DNA of 64,000 nt from Cellvibrionaceae bacterium. Lineage in GTDB: Bacteria; Pseudomonadota; Gammaproteobacteria; Pseudomonadales; JAILXX01. Below the pieces are notes generated by a model. That model was not told the origin of the DNA. It searched no databases and was given only the letters and a program-made list of their open reading frames with translations. Numbering within the stretch: the first letter of the stretch is position 1; the number at the start of each line of letters is the position of its first letter. The translations under genes were made by a program, and so were the position numbers. The stretch lies in contig JAILXX010000003.1 of the NCBI GenBank assembly GCA_045430295.1, positions 213,383-277,382 on the forward strand, read 5' to 3'. Positions 7,520-17,714 of this stretch are shown piece after piece.

Positions 7520-9022
7520 ATGGATTTGTTTAGCGATGTTGATTTGCTAGCCAAGCGTGCAGAGCTCTCGCCCAATAATGTGGCGATGGTTGAATTGGCT
7601 ACAAACCGTCAGTTTACCTACAAGGAATTTAATCAGCGTGCTAATCAGGCTGCGAATTACTTATCTAGCCAGGGTGTTGGACAGGAAGATCGTGTAGCCA
7701 TTCTTTGCCATAACTGCGTTGCGTTTTTCGAAATTCTTTTTGCCTGTGCGAAGATTGGAGCCACTTTGGTTCCGCTTAATTGGCGCTCAACGGCAACGGA
7801 GTTGTCTCCCATTTGTGCTAATGCTGCGCCAAAAATCTTTTTCACGGATAACGCCTTTATTGAAGTAGCCGGTCAACTGAGTGATCAGGAAAAAGCACTG
7901 CTACTAAATATTGAAAACGAAGACGGTTACGAAAAAGAAATTGCGGCTCAGTCACCGGAGTTTGAGGCTGTTCCATTTAATGAAGAATCCACCTGGTACT
8001 TGCTGTATACCTCGGGTACTACCGGCCTACCAAAGGCGGTTATTCAAACCCCAAAAATGGCTATTGCCAACCACTTGAATGTGGGCATTCCATTTAACAT
8101 CACTGAACATCATAAAATTCCTAACTTCTTACCACTGTTCCACACAGCCGGTATCAACCTTTGTACCATGCCGGGCATTATTGCCGGTGCCACTAACGTG
8201 GTTATGAAAAACTTCGACCCGGAGCAGGTATTGACGTTAGTTGATCAGCGAGAAGTAAATTGCTTGTTTGGTGTGCCGGCTATTTTCCAGTTGCTTGCGG
8301 ATCACCCTAACTTTGATAGCACTGACTTTACAGACCTGATCTGGTTGGGCTCTGGTGGTGCGCCATTGAGCATTAAGCTGATTGAAAAATACGCTGAAAT
8401 TGGTGCGGATATTCAGCAAGGCTTTGGTATGACCGAAACGGGGCCTACCGTATTCCTAACGGATAAAGCCAATGCGGTGAACAAAGTGGGATCGGTGGGT
8501 AAGCCGCAGTTGCTGTGTAATGTTCGTGTTATTGATGGCAATGGAAATGATGTACCTCAGGGCGAAGCGGGAGAGCTGATTTTTAAAGGTCCTGGCATAA
8601 CACCGGGTTACTGGGGGCAACCAGAAAAAACCGCCGAAGCCATTAAAGATGGTTGGTTGTACAGTGGCGATGTAGGCCGTATGGATGAAGACGGCTACTA
8701 CTACATCGTTGATCGCATCAAAGATATGTACATTTCTGGTGGTGAAAATGTTTACCCGGCAGAAGTAGAACGCACGATTCTCGCTTATGCCGGCGTTAAA
8801 GAATTAGCCGTGGTTGGTGTGCCTGATGAGAAATGGGGCGAAGTGGGTTGTGCCTTTATTCGTTTAGATGATGGCGCAGACCTGGATGAAAAAGCACTGA
8901 TTACTTACTGCAAAGAAAATCTCGCGGGCTACAAAGTGCCCAAGCATGTTCGAGTGGTTGAAGATTTTCCTCGCACGGCGGCTGGTAAGATTCGCAAAGT
9001 TGAACTGGTAGAGATGGTATAA
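7520..9022 (+). CDS. AMP-dependent acyl-CoA synthetase/ligase
   Basis: The 500-aa ORF has the AMP-binding motif LLYTSGTTGLPKAV, then GFGMTE, SGDVGRMDEDGYYYIVDR, and a C-terminal PRTAAGKIRK. Confidence 0.85.
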   Translation: MDLFSDVDLLAKRAELSPNNVAMVELATNRQFTYKEFNQRANQAANYLSSQGVGQEDRVAILCHNCVAFFEILFACAKIGATLVPLNWRSTATELSPICANAAPKIFFTDNAFIEVAGQLSDQEKALLLNIENEDGYEKEIAAQSPEFEAVPFNEESTWYLLYTSGTTGLPKAVIQTPKMAIANHLNVGIPFNITEHHKIPNFLPLFHTAGINLCTMPGIIAGATNVVMKNFDPEQVLTLVDQREVNCLFGVPAIFQLLADHPNFDSTDFTDLIWLGSGGAPLSIKLIEKYAEIGADIQQGFGMTETGPTVFLTDKANAVNKVGSVGKPQLLCNVRVIDGNGNDVPQGEAGELIFKGPGITPGYWGQPEKTAEAIKDGWLYSGDVGRMDEDGYYYIVDRIKDMYISGGENVYPAEVERTILAYAGVKELAVVGVPDEKWGEVGCAFIRLDDGADLDEKALITYCKENLAGYKVPKHVRVVEDFPRTAAGKIRKVELVEMV

Positions 9023-9044
9023 CACAAGAGTTAATGGAGTTTTT

Positions 9045-9446
9045 ATGAGTAATCACAATTTGGAAATCGGATCGGTATTGTCCTGCACCAAGATCTTCGT
9101 GCAAGAAGACTACGATCGTTTTGCCAAGCTCAGTGGCGATCACAACCCAATTCATGTTGATCCTGAATTTTCTGCAAACACCCGTTTTGGTCGTACCGTT
9201 TCACACGGTATGTTGCTGTACAGTGTGTTGCGTTCTTTATTACAAGATAAGTTAGGTACTGTGCGCCAGCACTCGCAAAACTTGATGTTCACTGCGCCTA
9301 CATTCTGTGGCGACAATATGGTTTTTAACTGGACGGTGACAGAGGTCGATGGCAATCACCTAAGCTTGGATGCGGAGATTGTTCGCGAAAAAGATGGTGA
9401 AGTTGTTACCACCGGCTCTACGGTTATTGAAGTGCTCGGTGCTTAG
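9045..9446 (+). CDS. MaoC-like (R)-hydratase hotdog-fold protein
   Basis: The 133-aa ORF has the hydratase motif LSGDHNPIHVDPEFSANTRFGRTVSHG. Confidence 0.75.
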   Translation: MSNHNLEIGSVLSCTKIFVQEDYDRFAKLSGDHNPIHVDPEFSANTRFGRTVSHGMLLYSVLRSLLQDKLGTVRQHSQNLMFTAPTFCGDNMVFNWTVTEVDGNHLSLDAEIVREKDGEVVTTGSTVIEVLGA

Positions 9447-9512
9447 GCTTCGAAAGCAAGAGTCGAAAAGCAATTGCAGTTAAAACTGAATCAGAATTAA
9501 GGCAAACGAATT

Positions 9513-9905
9513 ATGGCAATGGAACAAACAACCTTACGCGTTGGCATTAAAGCAGAAGTCGAGCGTACCTTTACCGAAGCGGATATCGCAGAGTTTAATA
9601 GCCTGGTAAGTGCAAATATCGGTAACGAAGTCCCCGAACCTCTGATCGCGGGTATGTTTTCTTTCCTGTTGGGTGAAGAACTTCCTGGGTTTGGTACCAA
9701 TTATTTAAAGCAACGCATGCAATTTAAAGCCGTTGCGGAACCTGGTGAAGCCCTGGTCACTTCGGTTGAAGTGTCTCGCATCCGTGCTGACAAAGATCTT
9801 GTAGATTTGAATACTCTTTGTACCGGCCGTGATGGTCGCGTTATTTGTGAGGGATCTGCCCTTGTATTAGCGAAAGACACTAACTGGACATTGGAAGAGT
9901 CATAA
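9513..9905 (+). CDS. second small hotdog-fold (MaoC-like, non-catalytic-type) protein
   Basis: This 130-aa ORF sits directly after the MaoC gene. Its hotdog-like length and pattern (FTEADIAEFNSL...) lack the D-x4-H hydratase motif, consistent with a partner subunit. Confidence 0.55.
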   Translation: MAMEQTTLRVGIKAEVERTFTEADIAEFNSLVSANIGNEVPEPLIAGMFSFLLGEELPGFGTNYLKQRMQFKAVAEPGEALVTSVEVSRIRADKDLVDLNTLCTGRDGRVICEGSALVLAKDTNWTLEES

Positions 9906-10150
9906 TTCACTTCTCTACAGTTATTTCTTAAATTGGCCTCCTTCGCATGTATAGCCTATATTAGTTAGGTAAACTCGGATTTTTATTACTACTAGCGGCA
10001 TTTATTGTGGAGGGGCTGGTTCCTTATTCAGCTCTAAAATATATGGCCCTCAAACTTTTTTCTTCCCCCAAGTGTTCTGGTCTAATTGATCCGGACACTC
10101 CAATTTCAGACAATACTGCCACTAATTGGAGTGAGGATGGATGTTACGTT

Positions 10151-11176
10151 TTAGGGCTCTTTTACAGAAGAACGTAAAGCACTTTCTATGATGGCGGAAT
10201 CCCGGGTTTTCTTAATACTCTCAAACAATTGTTCTGCTTCTGTATAGGAGCGAGATAAATACACTAGCCACTGCTTCAACTTATTTCCCAAAAACTTTTT
10301 AGGAAATTTATCTCGCGTTTCAAAGTAAAACTTTTCAACGGTGGGTAATATTTCTTGCCAGCTTTTCGGCTGATACCTCTCGCCAGCGATAGCCGCTTTG
10401 ATTTGTAATGGCAAGTCGGGTGTTGCCATGAGCCCTCGGCCCAGCATCACATGCTCACAGCCGCTGACTTCTCGGCAGCGCCAGTAATCGTCCAAACTCC
10501 AAATTTCGCCATTGGCGATAACCGGGATATCCAGAGCCTCACGAATGTGGGCAATGTACTCCCAATAAGCCGGGGGGCGGTAACCATCACTTTTCGAACG
10601 GGCGTGTACAGCCAGCTCTGCGACACCTGCTTCAGCAGCGGCTTGGGCATTCTCTAAATATAGAGATTTATCATTAAATCCCAGGCGAACTTTTGCGGTA
10701 ACAGGGGTAGCTTGAGGCACTGCCTCGCGCACAGCAGAAATAATATCAAAGAGGTTTTGCGGGTTTTGTAAGAGGCAGGCACCGCCGCCGTGGTTGTTTA
10801 CCGTCTTTGCCGGGCAGCCAAAGTTCAGGTCTATGGTTTTTGCGCCCATTTTTGCGGCTTTGGCAGCGTTGTAAGCCATGGCTGGAGGGTGGCTTCCAAG
10901 GAGCTGTACGTGGACAGGGGTACCAGATGGCGTGCAGCTATTGCCAATGAGTTCGGGGGCGATCTTTTTAAATACTTTTTCCGGCAAGCGGGTGTGAGTA
11001 ACACGAACAAATTCTGTTACACAGACATCGATACCTCCCAGCCCTGTTAGTAACGCTCGGGTGTGGTGGTCGATCACTCCTTCCATAGGGGCTTGATAAA
11101 TTTTAGGAGGGGTATTGATGTCGATTACCTCTAATTTCGATGCTTGGCAGTGTAGTGGCACCACTATTACTGTCAA
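10151..11176 (-). CDS. dusC: tRNA-dihydrouridine synthase C
   Basis: APMEGVIDHHTRALLT...CVTEFVRV closely parallels the E. coli DusC N-terminus, and the fold looks like a TIM-barrel FMN enzyme. The true start is uncertain: the track start is TTG, roughly 25 codons upstream of the conserved core. Confidence 0.8.
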   Translation of the reverse strand: MTVIVVPLHCQASKLEVIDINTPPKIYQAPMEGVIDHHTRALLTGLGGIDVCVTEFVRVTHTRLPEKVFKKIAPELIGNSCTPSGTPVHVQLLGSHPPAMAYNAAKAAKMGAKTIDLNFGCPAKTVNNHGGGACLLQNPQNLFDIISAVREAVPQATPVTAKVRLGFNDKSLYLENAQAAAEAGVAELAVHARSKSDGYRPPAYWEYIAHIREALDIPVIANGEIWSLDDYWRCREVSGCEHVMLGRGLMATPDLPLQIKAAIAGERYQPKSWQEILPTVEKFYFETRDKFPKKFLGNKLKQWLVYLSRSYTEAEQLFESIKKTRDSAIIESALRSSVKEP

Positions 11177-11472
11177 TAGGTGGGGTATAAGTTTTATTTA
11201 TTTTTAGGGGTATCTGTATTTGTAAATAAAATACATCTGCTTGGGGCTATGGCGTATATAGTCTGGCTGTTTTGTAGTATTTTTACCTTTCATGAATGGC
11301 ATTGCAGTTCACGAATTTTTCCGTTAAATTGCCCGCTCACTCATTCAGGGGACTTATACCCTTGGGGATACACATTCAGGGGATTGTTCAGAGGTTCCCT
11401 GTGTGACGCTGTGATCCAGCTTCGCAAATAAAACATAGCTAAATCCTAACTAAGCCAAAGGAGTTTGCTCTC

Positions 11473-11721
11473 ATGACGGAATCTCTGATTTCTCAAGGTG
11501 TCGACCTAATGATTTACGGTATGGGCACTGTCTTTATTTTCCTTGTTGTTCTTATTTTTGCTACAACCGCAATGTCTTATTGCGTGCGTCGCTTTATTCC
11601 CGAACCTGAGCCTACCGCTGCGCCCCAAGCACCCGCTGCGCCTACAGCCTCTGGCCAGGTGGATGGGCAGGTACTGAAAGTACTGCAGGCCGCGGTAGAT
11701 GCATACCGCAATAAAAAATAA
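11473..11721 (+). CDS. oadG: oxaloacetate decarboxylase gamma subunit
   Basis: The 82-aa ORF has one N-terminal TM helix and a Pro/Ala-rich linker. It lies immediately upstream of oadA and oadB. Confidence 0.8.
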   Translation: MTESLISQGVDLMIYGMGTVFIFLVVLIFATTAMSYCVRRFIPEPEPTAAPQAPAAPTASGQVDGQVLKVLQAAVDAYRNKK

Positions 11722-11838
11722 GCCGCACCTCTGTGGCATCACTAATGAAATTCTTTTAACGGGCACTCACACGGTGAGTGGCTGAGTGCCGGTTAAAGCC
11801 CAGCTTTTTAAAATTGACTTTAAATAGGGGAAACACCC

Positions 11839-13629
11839 ATGACTGATACAACCAAGACACCCTTGGGTATTACCGATGTGGTACTGCGCGATGCGCACCA
11901 GTCTTTATTCGCCACCCGCATGCGTATCGACGACATGCTGCCAATTGCTGACAAACTCGACAAAATCGGGTTTTGGTCATTGGAATCTTGGGGTGGTGCA
12001 ACCTTTGATGCCTGTATTCGCTACCTGGGTGAAGACCCATGGGATCGTATTCGCGAATTGAAAAAGGCGATGCCTAACACGCCGCAGCAAATGCTGTTCC
12101 GTGGACAGAATATTCTAGGTTATCGCCACTACGCCGATGACGTCGTTGAAAAATTCGTTGAGCGTTGTGCGACTAACGGTGTGGATGTTTTTCGTGTATT
12201 CGATGCCATGAACGACATGCGCAATATCGAAACTGCTTTGAAAGCGGTTAAGAAGCAGGGTAAACATGCCCAGGGTACCATTGCTTACACCTTGAGTGAC
12301 GTTCACACCATCGACATGTGGGTTGAACAGGGTAAGCGCATTGAAGACATGGGTGCAGACTCTATCGCCATTAAAGATATGGCCGGTCTACTGACTCCTT
12401 ACAAAGGCTTCGAGCTGGTTAAACGTTTGAAAGACTCTTGTGATATTCCTATTCACATGCAGTGTCACGCCACCACTGGCTTGTCTACGGCTACTGCACT
12501 GAAATGTGTGGAAGCGGGTATCGACAATATCGACACCGCTATTTCTTCTATGTCCATGACTTACGGCCACAGCCCCACAGAAGCCATGGTTGCCATTTTA
12601 CAAGGTACTGACCGTGATACCGGTTTGGACCTGGGGGCTTTGGAAGAAATTGCCAATTACTTCCGCGAAGTGCGTAAGAAGTACGCTAAGTTCGAAGGTT
12701 CTCTGCGCGGTATCGATGCGCGTATTCTGACGGCTCAGGTTCCTGGCGGTATGTTGACCAACATGGAAAACCAGTTGAAAGACCAAGGCGCTGAAGACAA
12801 ATTCGACGAAGTGCTGGCTGAGATTCCTCGCGTGCGCGAAGACTTAGGCTTTATTCCTTTAGTAACACCGACGTCGCAAATCGTGGGTACCCAAGCGGTA
12901 ATTAATGTACTCACCGGCGAGCGTTACAAGTCTATTTCTAAAGAGACTCAGGGCGTGTTGAAAGGTGAATACGGTGCGACCCCTGCGGACGTTAACAAAG
13001 AGCTGCAAGCTCGCGTTCTGGATGGCGCTGAAGCCATCACTTGTCGCCCGGCTGATTTGATCGATCCAGAAATGGACAAGCTGGCAGACGAGCTGCGCGG
13101 TTTGGCTTCTGAGAAAAATATCTCTCTGGCGTCTGGTGACAACGAGATCGACGATGTACTGACTTACGCCTTGTTCCCTCAGGTGGGTCTGAAGTTCTTG
13201 GAAAATCGTGGTAATCCAGATGCCTTCGAACCAGTACCTACAGGTAATGAGCTGCCGAAAACGGCGGGTGGTGACGAAATTCTTACCGTAACCGTAGACG
13301 GCGCCGACTATACAGTAACCGTTAAGCCTGGTGGCGATATCACCGGTATTGTGGCTCCAAATGTACCGGCTACTATCGCAGCGCCTGCTGGTGGCGCTGC
13401 CCCCATAGCTTCTGGTGGCGACCCGGTACCTGCACCGTTGGCCGGTAACATCTTTAAAGTTGTTGCTCAGCCAGGTACTCAGGTTCAAGAAGGCGACCTA
13501 CTGTTGATTTTGGAAGCCATGAAAATGGAAACCGAAGTACGTGCACCAAAAGCAGGCCAGGTAACAGGTGTTTCAGTTGCTGTTGGTGACTCTGTAGCCG
13601 TGGGTGACACGCTACTGACCATCGCTTAA
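11839..13629 (+). CDS. oadA: oxaloacetate decarboxylase alpha subunit (carboxyltransferase plus biotin carrier)
   Basis: The 596-aa ORF has an N-terminal carboxyltransferase TIM domain ([10 protein letters not shown]) and a C-terminal biotinyl domain with the EAMKME motif. Confidence 0.9.
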   Translation: MTDTTKTPLGITDVVLRDAHQSLFATRMRIDDMLPIADKLDKIGFWSLESWGGATFDACIRYLGEDPWDRIRELKKAMPNTPQQMLFRGQNILGYRHYADDVVEKFVERCATNGVDVFRVFDAMNDMRNIETALKAVKKQGKHAQGTIAYTLSDVHTIDMWVEQGKRIEDMGADSIAIKDMAGLLTPYKGFELVKRLKDSCDIPIHMQCHATTGLSTATALKCVEAGIDNIDTAISSMSMTYGHSPTEAMVAILQGTDRDTGLDLGALEEIANYFREVRKKYAKFEGSLRGIDARILTAQVPGGMLTNMENQLKDQGAEDKFDEVLAEIPRVREDLGFIPLVTPTSQIVGTQAVINVLTGERYKSISKETQGVLKGEYGATPADVNKELQARVLDGAEAITCRPADLIDPEMDKLADELRGLASEKNISLASGDNEIDDVLTYALFPQVGLKFLENRGNPDAFEPVPTGNELPKTAGGDEILTVTVDGADYTVTVKPGGDITGIVAPNVPATIAAPAGGAAPIASGGDPVPAPLAGNIFKVVAQPGTQVQEGDLLLILEAMKMETEVRAPKAGQVTGVSVAVGDSVAVGDTLLTIA

Positions 13630-13649
13630 TTCACACAGGGGATTTCCTC

Positions 13650-14951
13650 ATGGAAAATTTATTAGCCCTGTGGACGAGCACAGGTATTTCCCAGATTCAG
13701 TCTGGCCAAATGATCATGATGGCGGTTTGCCTTGGCTTACTGTTCTTGGCGATTAACAAAAATTTTGAGCCGTTGTTGCTAGTGCCCATCGGATTTGGCG
13801 GCATTCTCGCTAACATCCCTGGTGCCAACATGGGTTTCTCTGCCATTGATGCCGCTTTGCTGTCGGGCAATGAAGACGTCTTGGCTCAGATCGCAGCGTC
13901 TTTGAATGTGACTCAATGGGACAGCTACAGGGATATTGTTGAGGTGTATAACAGCGCCTCTGCGGGCCTTGTTTCTGCCGCGACTAATACGGCTTCTAGC
14001 TTGGGTTACGAAGACGGCGTACTGTACAAGTTCTACTCAGTGGCAATCGGTAGTGGCATTGCGCCGCTGGTGATCTTTATGGGTGTAGGTGCCATGACGG
14101 ACTTTGGCCCGCTACTGGCCAACCCTAAAACCCTACTGTTAGGGGCTGCTGCTCAGGTGGGTATCTTCGCCACGGTATTGGGTGCGGTAGGAATGTCAAC
14201 GCTGGGTTGGATGGACTTCTCCATTAAAGACGCAGCGGCCATTGGTATTATTGGTGGTGCAGACGGTCCAACGGCGATTTACGTTTCTTCGATTCTGGCG
14301 CCAGACCTACTGGGTGCTATTGCGGTAGCGGCTTACTCTTATATGGCGCTGGTTCCTTTGATTCAGCCGCCGATTATGCGTGCGCTGACCACAGAAGCTG
14401 AGCGTCAAATTCAGATGTCTCAGTTGCGTCAAGTTTCTCGTACCGAGAAAATTTTCTTCCCGATCGTATTGTTAATTCTGGTGGCTATGTTCCTACCAGA
14501 TGCAGCACCGCTATTGGGGATGTTCTGTTTCGGTAACCTGATGAAAGAGTGTGGTGTAGTGGATCGCTTGAGCGATACCGCGCAGAACGCGCTAATCAAT
14601 GTCACCACCATCTTCTTGGGTTTGTCTGTGGGTTCTAAATTGTCTGCAGATAAGTTTCTGGATATGAACACCCTGGGTATTTTGGGCTTGGGTATCGTGG
14701 CCTTCGGCTTGGGTACTGCGGCCGGTGTTTTGATGGCGAAGTTGATGAACGTTTTCAGTACTCACAAGGTGAACCCCTTGATCGGTTCTGCGGGTGTATC
14801 TGCGGTACCTATGGCGGCGCGGGTTTCCAACAAAGTTGGTTTGGAAGCCAATCCACAAAACTTCCTGCTGATGCACGCCATGGGCCCGAACGTGGCTGGT
14901 GTGATTGGCTCTGCGGTTGCCGCTGGTGTGATGTTGGCACTGTTGCGCTAA
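13650..14951 (+). CDS. oadB: oxaloacetate decarboxylase beta subunit (Na+ pump)
   Basis: The 433-aa polytopic membrane protein follows oadA and shows the OadB/GcdB-type pattern ([22 protein letters not shown]). Confidence 0.9.
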   Translation: MENLLALWTSTGISQIQSGQMIMMAVCLGLLFLAINKNFEPLLLVPIGFGGILANIPGANMGFSAIDAALLSGNEDVLAQIAASLNVTQWDSYRDIVEVYNSASAGLVSAATNTASSLGYEDGVLYKFYSVAIGSGIAPLVIFMGVGAMTDFGPLLANPKTLLLGAAAQVGIFATVLGAVGMSTLGWMDFSIKDAAAIGIIGGADGPTAIYVSSILAPDLLGAIAVAAYSYMALVPLIQPPIMRALTTEAERQIQMSQLRQVSRTEKIFFPIVLLILVAMFLPDAAPLLGMFCFGNLMKECGVVDRLSDTAQNALINVTTIFLGLSVGSKLSADKFLDMNTLGILGLGIVAFGLGTAAGVLMAKLMNVFSTHKVNPLIGSAGVSAVPMAARVSNKVGLEANPQNFLLMHAMGPNVAGVIGSAVAAGVMLALLR

Positions 14952-14992
14952 AGACTGTTTGAAGTTGGACGTTTGATGTTCGACGCAGAAAA

Positions 14993-15019
14993 AGCCGAGG
15001 CTACCCCCTCGGCTTTTTT
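14993..15019 (+). terminator. rho-independent terminator of oadGAB
   Basis: AGCCGAGG (14993-15000) pairs with CCTCGGCT (15007-15014) around a 6-nt loop, followed by T6. Confidence 0.85.
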
Positions 15020-15050
15020 GTGTCTGTCATTCTGAGCGTAGCGACTCGTC

Positions 15051-15120
15051 ATACCAGCGCAGGCTGGCATCCAGCAAAAGTGTCGTGATTTAGGCTGGAC
15101 TCCAGCGTGCGCTGGAGTGA
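15051..15120. repeat. REP-like palindromic element (alternating CCAGC/GCTGG pentamers)
   Basis: Six alternating copies of CCAGC/GCTGG form stacked hairpins, e.g. CCAGC-gcag-GCTGG (15054-15067) and CTCCAGCgtgcGCTGGAG (15100-15117). Spurious translations (WMPACAGMT, PAHAGVQ) resemble those of widespread gammaproteobacterial REP-type repeats. Confidence 0.6.
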
Positions 15121-15130
15121 CGATATTCTC

Positions 15131-15214
15131 GTCCAACGTCCAACGTCCAACGTCCAACGTCCAACGTCCAACGTCCAACGTCCAACGTCCAACGTCCAAC
15201 GTCCAACGTCCAAC
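15131..15214. repeat. perfect tandem heptanucleotide repeat (GTCCAAC)x12
   Basis: I counted 12 uninterrupted copies by hand. The array ends 5 nt from the stop codon (15220-15222) of the convergent minus-strand gene. Confidence 0.95.
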
Positions 15215-15219
15215 GCTAT

Positions 15220-15645
15220 CTACGAATTCTGCTCTTTTGTTGTTCCGTACTGTTTAACCTTTTGATGCTTATTTACATGGCACTCAATATAGGCTTCTTT
15301 GGGGTAGCGCCCGTGCCAGTATGTTTCGCTTTGGGGAAAATTTGCTCGGTAGAACACTAAAAATAAACCCCGAGGCTGGTCAAAGCGGGTGCTGAAGTGA
15401 TCTTGTTGCAGGAAGGTAGAGGCCTTGCCAAAGGTTTTACGGGATTGTGCGTGGCAAATCTCTTCGGCATCTTTGAGATTAAATGTCAGTGGGTCGTACT
15501 TGGGATTTTCTGCGGCGATGCCCAGTAGCTCGGGGCGAACCATAAAGACGGTGGCTAGGCTGGCAAAAGCGAGAATCGCAAGAATCATTGAGCCCATGGA
15601 GAGTATGTCAGAGAAGGATGGACTGTGTGCTTTTGCCATGAACAT
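15220..15645 (-). CDS. hypothetical protein with one N-terminal TM helix
   Basis: The 141-aa ORF has a hydrophobic segment MGSMILAILAFASLATVFMV. I recognise no family. Confidence 0.5.
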   Translation of the reverse strand: MFMAKAHSPSFSDILSMGSMILAILAFASLATVFMVRPELLGIAAENPKYDPLTFNLKDAEEICHAQSRKTFGKASTFLQQDHFSTRFDQPRGLFLVFYRANFPQSETYWHGRYPKEAYIECHVNKHQKVKQYGTTKEQNS

Positions 15646-15965
15646 GAATTACATCTCTCGTGGGTCATTGAGGTGTCATGATTGGCAGAAATTATAAGAT
15701 ATAAGCAGGGTTTCCATTTAGATTAATGATTTATAAAAATCTTATATCTATACCGTTTACCGTGTTTTAAGGCCTCTAAGGATGTTATTTCTTGCGACGC
15801 TATCCAAAGGTATGGTGACAGCTTGGCGGGGCAGTTAAAAGCGAAATTATTCCTTATAAAGCAAGTGGTTATAGTAAAAAAATAAGCCCCGCCATTTATT
15901 CATAAGGCAAAAGCGACTATGATGCGCCTATCCCAAAAGGGGTATAAAAAATGATAGGGGGAATT

Positions 15966-16625
15966 ATGGAACTCAACGTAATGCAACTGATCAACTTCCT
16001 GGCCCGTTGGGCTCACTTGTTGTTCGGTATCACTTGGATTGGCTTGTTGTACTACTTCAACTTCATCCAGGGTGGTTACTTCAAAAAAGCTTCTCCAGAA
16101 GCTCTGAAAGACGCTAAAGCAAACCTGGCTCCAGAAGCGCTGTGGTGGTTCCGCTGGGGTGCAATGTTCACCTTCATCACCGGTTTAATTCTACTGGTAG
16201 GTGTTGTTAAGTCTAACGCCATGAATAACTACATCATTATTGGTGCCGCTATGGGTACCTTGATGTTCTTGAATGTATGGTTGATTATCTGGCCAAATCA
16301 GAAAATTGCTTTGGGCTTGGTAGAAGGTGGTGATGCCGCTGCTGCTGGCGCTAAAGCGCTGTTGGCATCTCGCACCAATGTACTTTTCTCTGGCCCAATG
16401 GCATTCGGTATGCTGGCTGGCCCTCACTTCGGTATGACCGGCTTGTCTGGTGCTTACGGTTCTACTGTTGGCGGTGTTGGCTTGATTGCAGCACTGGCAA
16501 TTATTGCTGCACTGGAAGTGAATGCAATCGCTGGTAAGCAGGGCCCAATGACGACAGTGAAAGGTGTTATCCACTGCAGTATTGGCTTGACTGTGATTTT
16601 GGCTGGCTTGGTATCTTTCTTATAA
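15966..16625 (+). CDS. conserved polytopic membrane protein of unknown function
   Basis: I prefer the ATG at 15966, which follows AGGGGGA by 5 nt, over the track start at 15951. The protein has about 5 TM helices. The N-terminal RWAHLLFGITWIGLLYYFNFIQ recalls the membrane domain of PuuD-type proteins, but that is a weak, pattern-level resemblance. Confidence 0.55.
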   Translation: MELNVMQLINFLARWAHLLFGITWIGLLYYFNFIQGGYFKKASPEALKDAKANLAPEALWWFRWGAMFTFITGLILLVGVVKSNAMNNYIIIGAAMGTLMFLNVWLIIWPNQKIALGLVEGGDAAAAGAKALLASRTNVLFSGPMAFGMLAGPHFGMTGLSGAYGSTVGGVGLIAALAIIAALEVNAIAGKQGPMTTVKGVIHCSIGLTVILAGLVSFL

Positions 16626-16661
16626 GATTGCCGATCATAGCTTGATCAAGCTCACAAAAAG

Positions 16662-16694
16662 CCGCCCTTGGTGAAAAACAGGGGCGGTTTTTTT
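16662..16694 (+). terminator. rho-independent terminator
   Basis: CCGCCCTTG pairs with CAGGGGCGG (one G-U pair) around loop GTGAAAAA, followed by T7. Confidence 0.8.
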
Positions 16695-16778
16695 GTGCCT
16701 GTATTTTCTTTGTTCGTTTTTTATGAATAATGGGTTGGCAAGGTTTACGATTTACTGTTTGGTTATTGAAGGATTCTT

Positions 16779-17588
16779 ATGGTGGTGCGCAAAGAACCCA
16801 CAATCTCTGGATTAGATTCCAGTCCGGGTAAGAACGACAGCCCCGATATTGATGCTGCAGCGGTACTTAGTGATAGCGGTGGTATGGGTCGTGAAGGGGG
16901 GCGTGCTTCTAGAGGCAGCGCTTCAAGAACTAATGCCTCTCGCCGGCAGCCTCCACCGCCGGTACAGAAAGTCTCTTCGTCATCACCAATGGCAGCCATC
17001 GCAATGATTATTGCCTTAGTGGCGGCGAGTGCTGCAGGTTTTCTTGGCTGGCAGAATATGCAACTTATGGAGCAATTGGCGGATTCGGATACTCGCTTAA
17101 AAGCGCTGGAAGAACAGTTAACCTTGAGTGGCGATGAGGCCAGTACCTCAATAGACGCGGTGCGAGCTAAGCTTAAATGGGCTGATTCTGAAATTAGGAA
17201 ATTATGGGGTGTTTCTCACGATAAAAATCGTAAGAAAATTGCGAGTAATGAAAAGAAGGTTAAACAACTATCTTCCTCAATAAGTAGTCAGAAAAAGGCA
17301 CTCGCTAAAGCGGAGAAACAGCTCGCTGAGCAGAAGAAGATATTGGATAAAGCTTCAGGCAGCTTGGCGACATTGAAAAAGAATATTAACGATTTGGCAG
17401 CGATCCGAATGCAAAATCAAGAAAATGCTGACGACCTCAATAGTTTGAGCAATAAGATCAGTGTGCTTGAGCGCGGCCTCGGTGAGCGAATTCGTGAAAA
17501 CGAAGAAAGTATTGAGGCCATTGATGCCTATCGCATTAGCCACAATCGAGAATTTCTGCGGTTAAAACAACAGGTGCAGGGGCAGTAG
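16779..17588 (+). CDS. hypothetical membrane-anchored coiled-coil protein
   Basis: The 269-aa ORF has a disordered Ser/Arg/Pro-rich N-terminus and one TM helix (MAAIAMIIALVAASAAGFLGW). A long heptad-like Lys/Glu/Leu-rich region follows. The start is uncertain. Confidence 0.55.
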   Translation: MVVRKEPTISGLDSSPGKNDSPDIDAAAVLSDSGGMGREGGRASRGSASRTNASRRQPPPPVQKVSSSSPMAAIAMIIALVAASAAGFLGWQNMQLMEQLADSDTRLKALEEQLTLSGDEASTSIDAVRAKLKWADSEIRKLWGVSHDKNRKKIASNEKKVKQLSSSISSQKKALAKAEKQLAEQKKILDKASGSLATLKKNINDLAAIRMQNQENADDLNSLSNKISVLERGLGERIRENEESIEAIDAYRISHNREFLRLKQQVQGQ

Positions 17589-17630
17589 TCGTAAGCCTGG
17601 TGTTAACAGGCCCTAGGAAAGCATTTAAAA

Positions 17631-17675
17631 GCGAGGCTGAGACCTAAATTGAAACTTAGGGACCTCGCTTTTTTT
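17631..17675 (+). terminator. rho-independent terminator
   Basis: Outer stem GCGAGG (17631-17636) pairs with CCTCGC (17663-17668), with inner CCTAA/TTAGG pairing, followed by T7. Confidence 0.7.
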
Positions 17676-17714
17676 ATTACCAGTAAATAGTGCCAGTAGA
17701 TATTCAGTAAAACC

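Noticed and set aside
10096-10133. Perfect 10-bp inverted repeat CACTCCAATT-N18-AATTGGAGTG just downstream of dusC, and a 13-bp imperfect stem at about 11755-11795 between oadG and oadA
   Set aside because: Both are real hairpins, but neither has a U-tract. The most economical reading is mRNA 3'-end or intercistronic stabilising structures, and nothing points to a specific function.
11180-11431. 83-aa ORF in the dusC/oadG divergent intergenic region
   Set aside because: It has a GTG start without an SD and an odd Phe/Cys/Trp-rich composition. It occupies the expected promoter region of two divergent genes, so it is probably non-coding.
14948-15199. 83-aa ORF MDVGRWTLDVGRWTLDVGRW...
   Set aside because: It is simply the translation of the (GTCCAAC)n array and the REP-like palindromes. 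No SD is present and it overlaps the oadB terminator.
15131-15214. Possible CRISPR array
   Set aside because: It consists of contiguous 7-nt units with no spacers, and no cas genes are in the window. It is a microsatellite-type tandem repeat.
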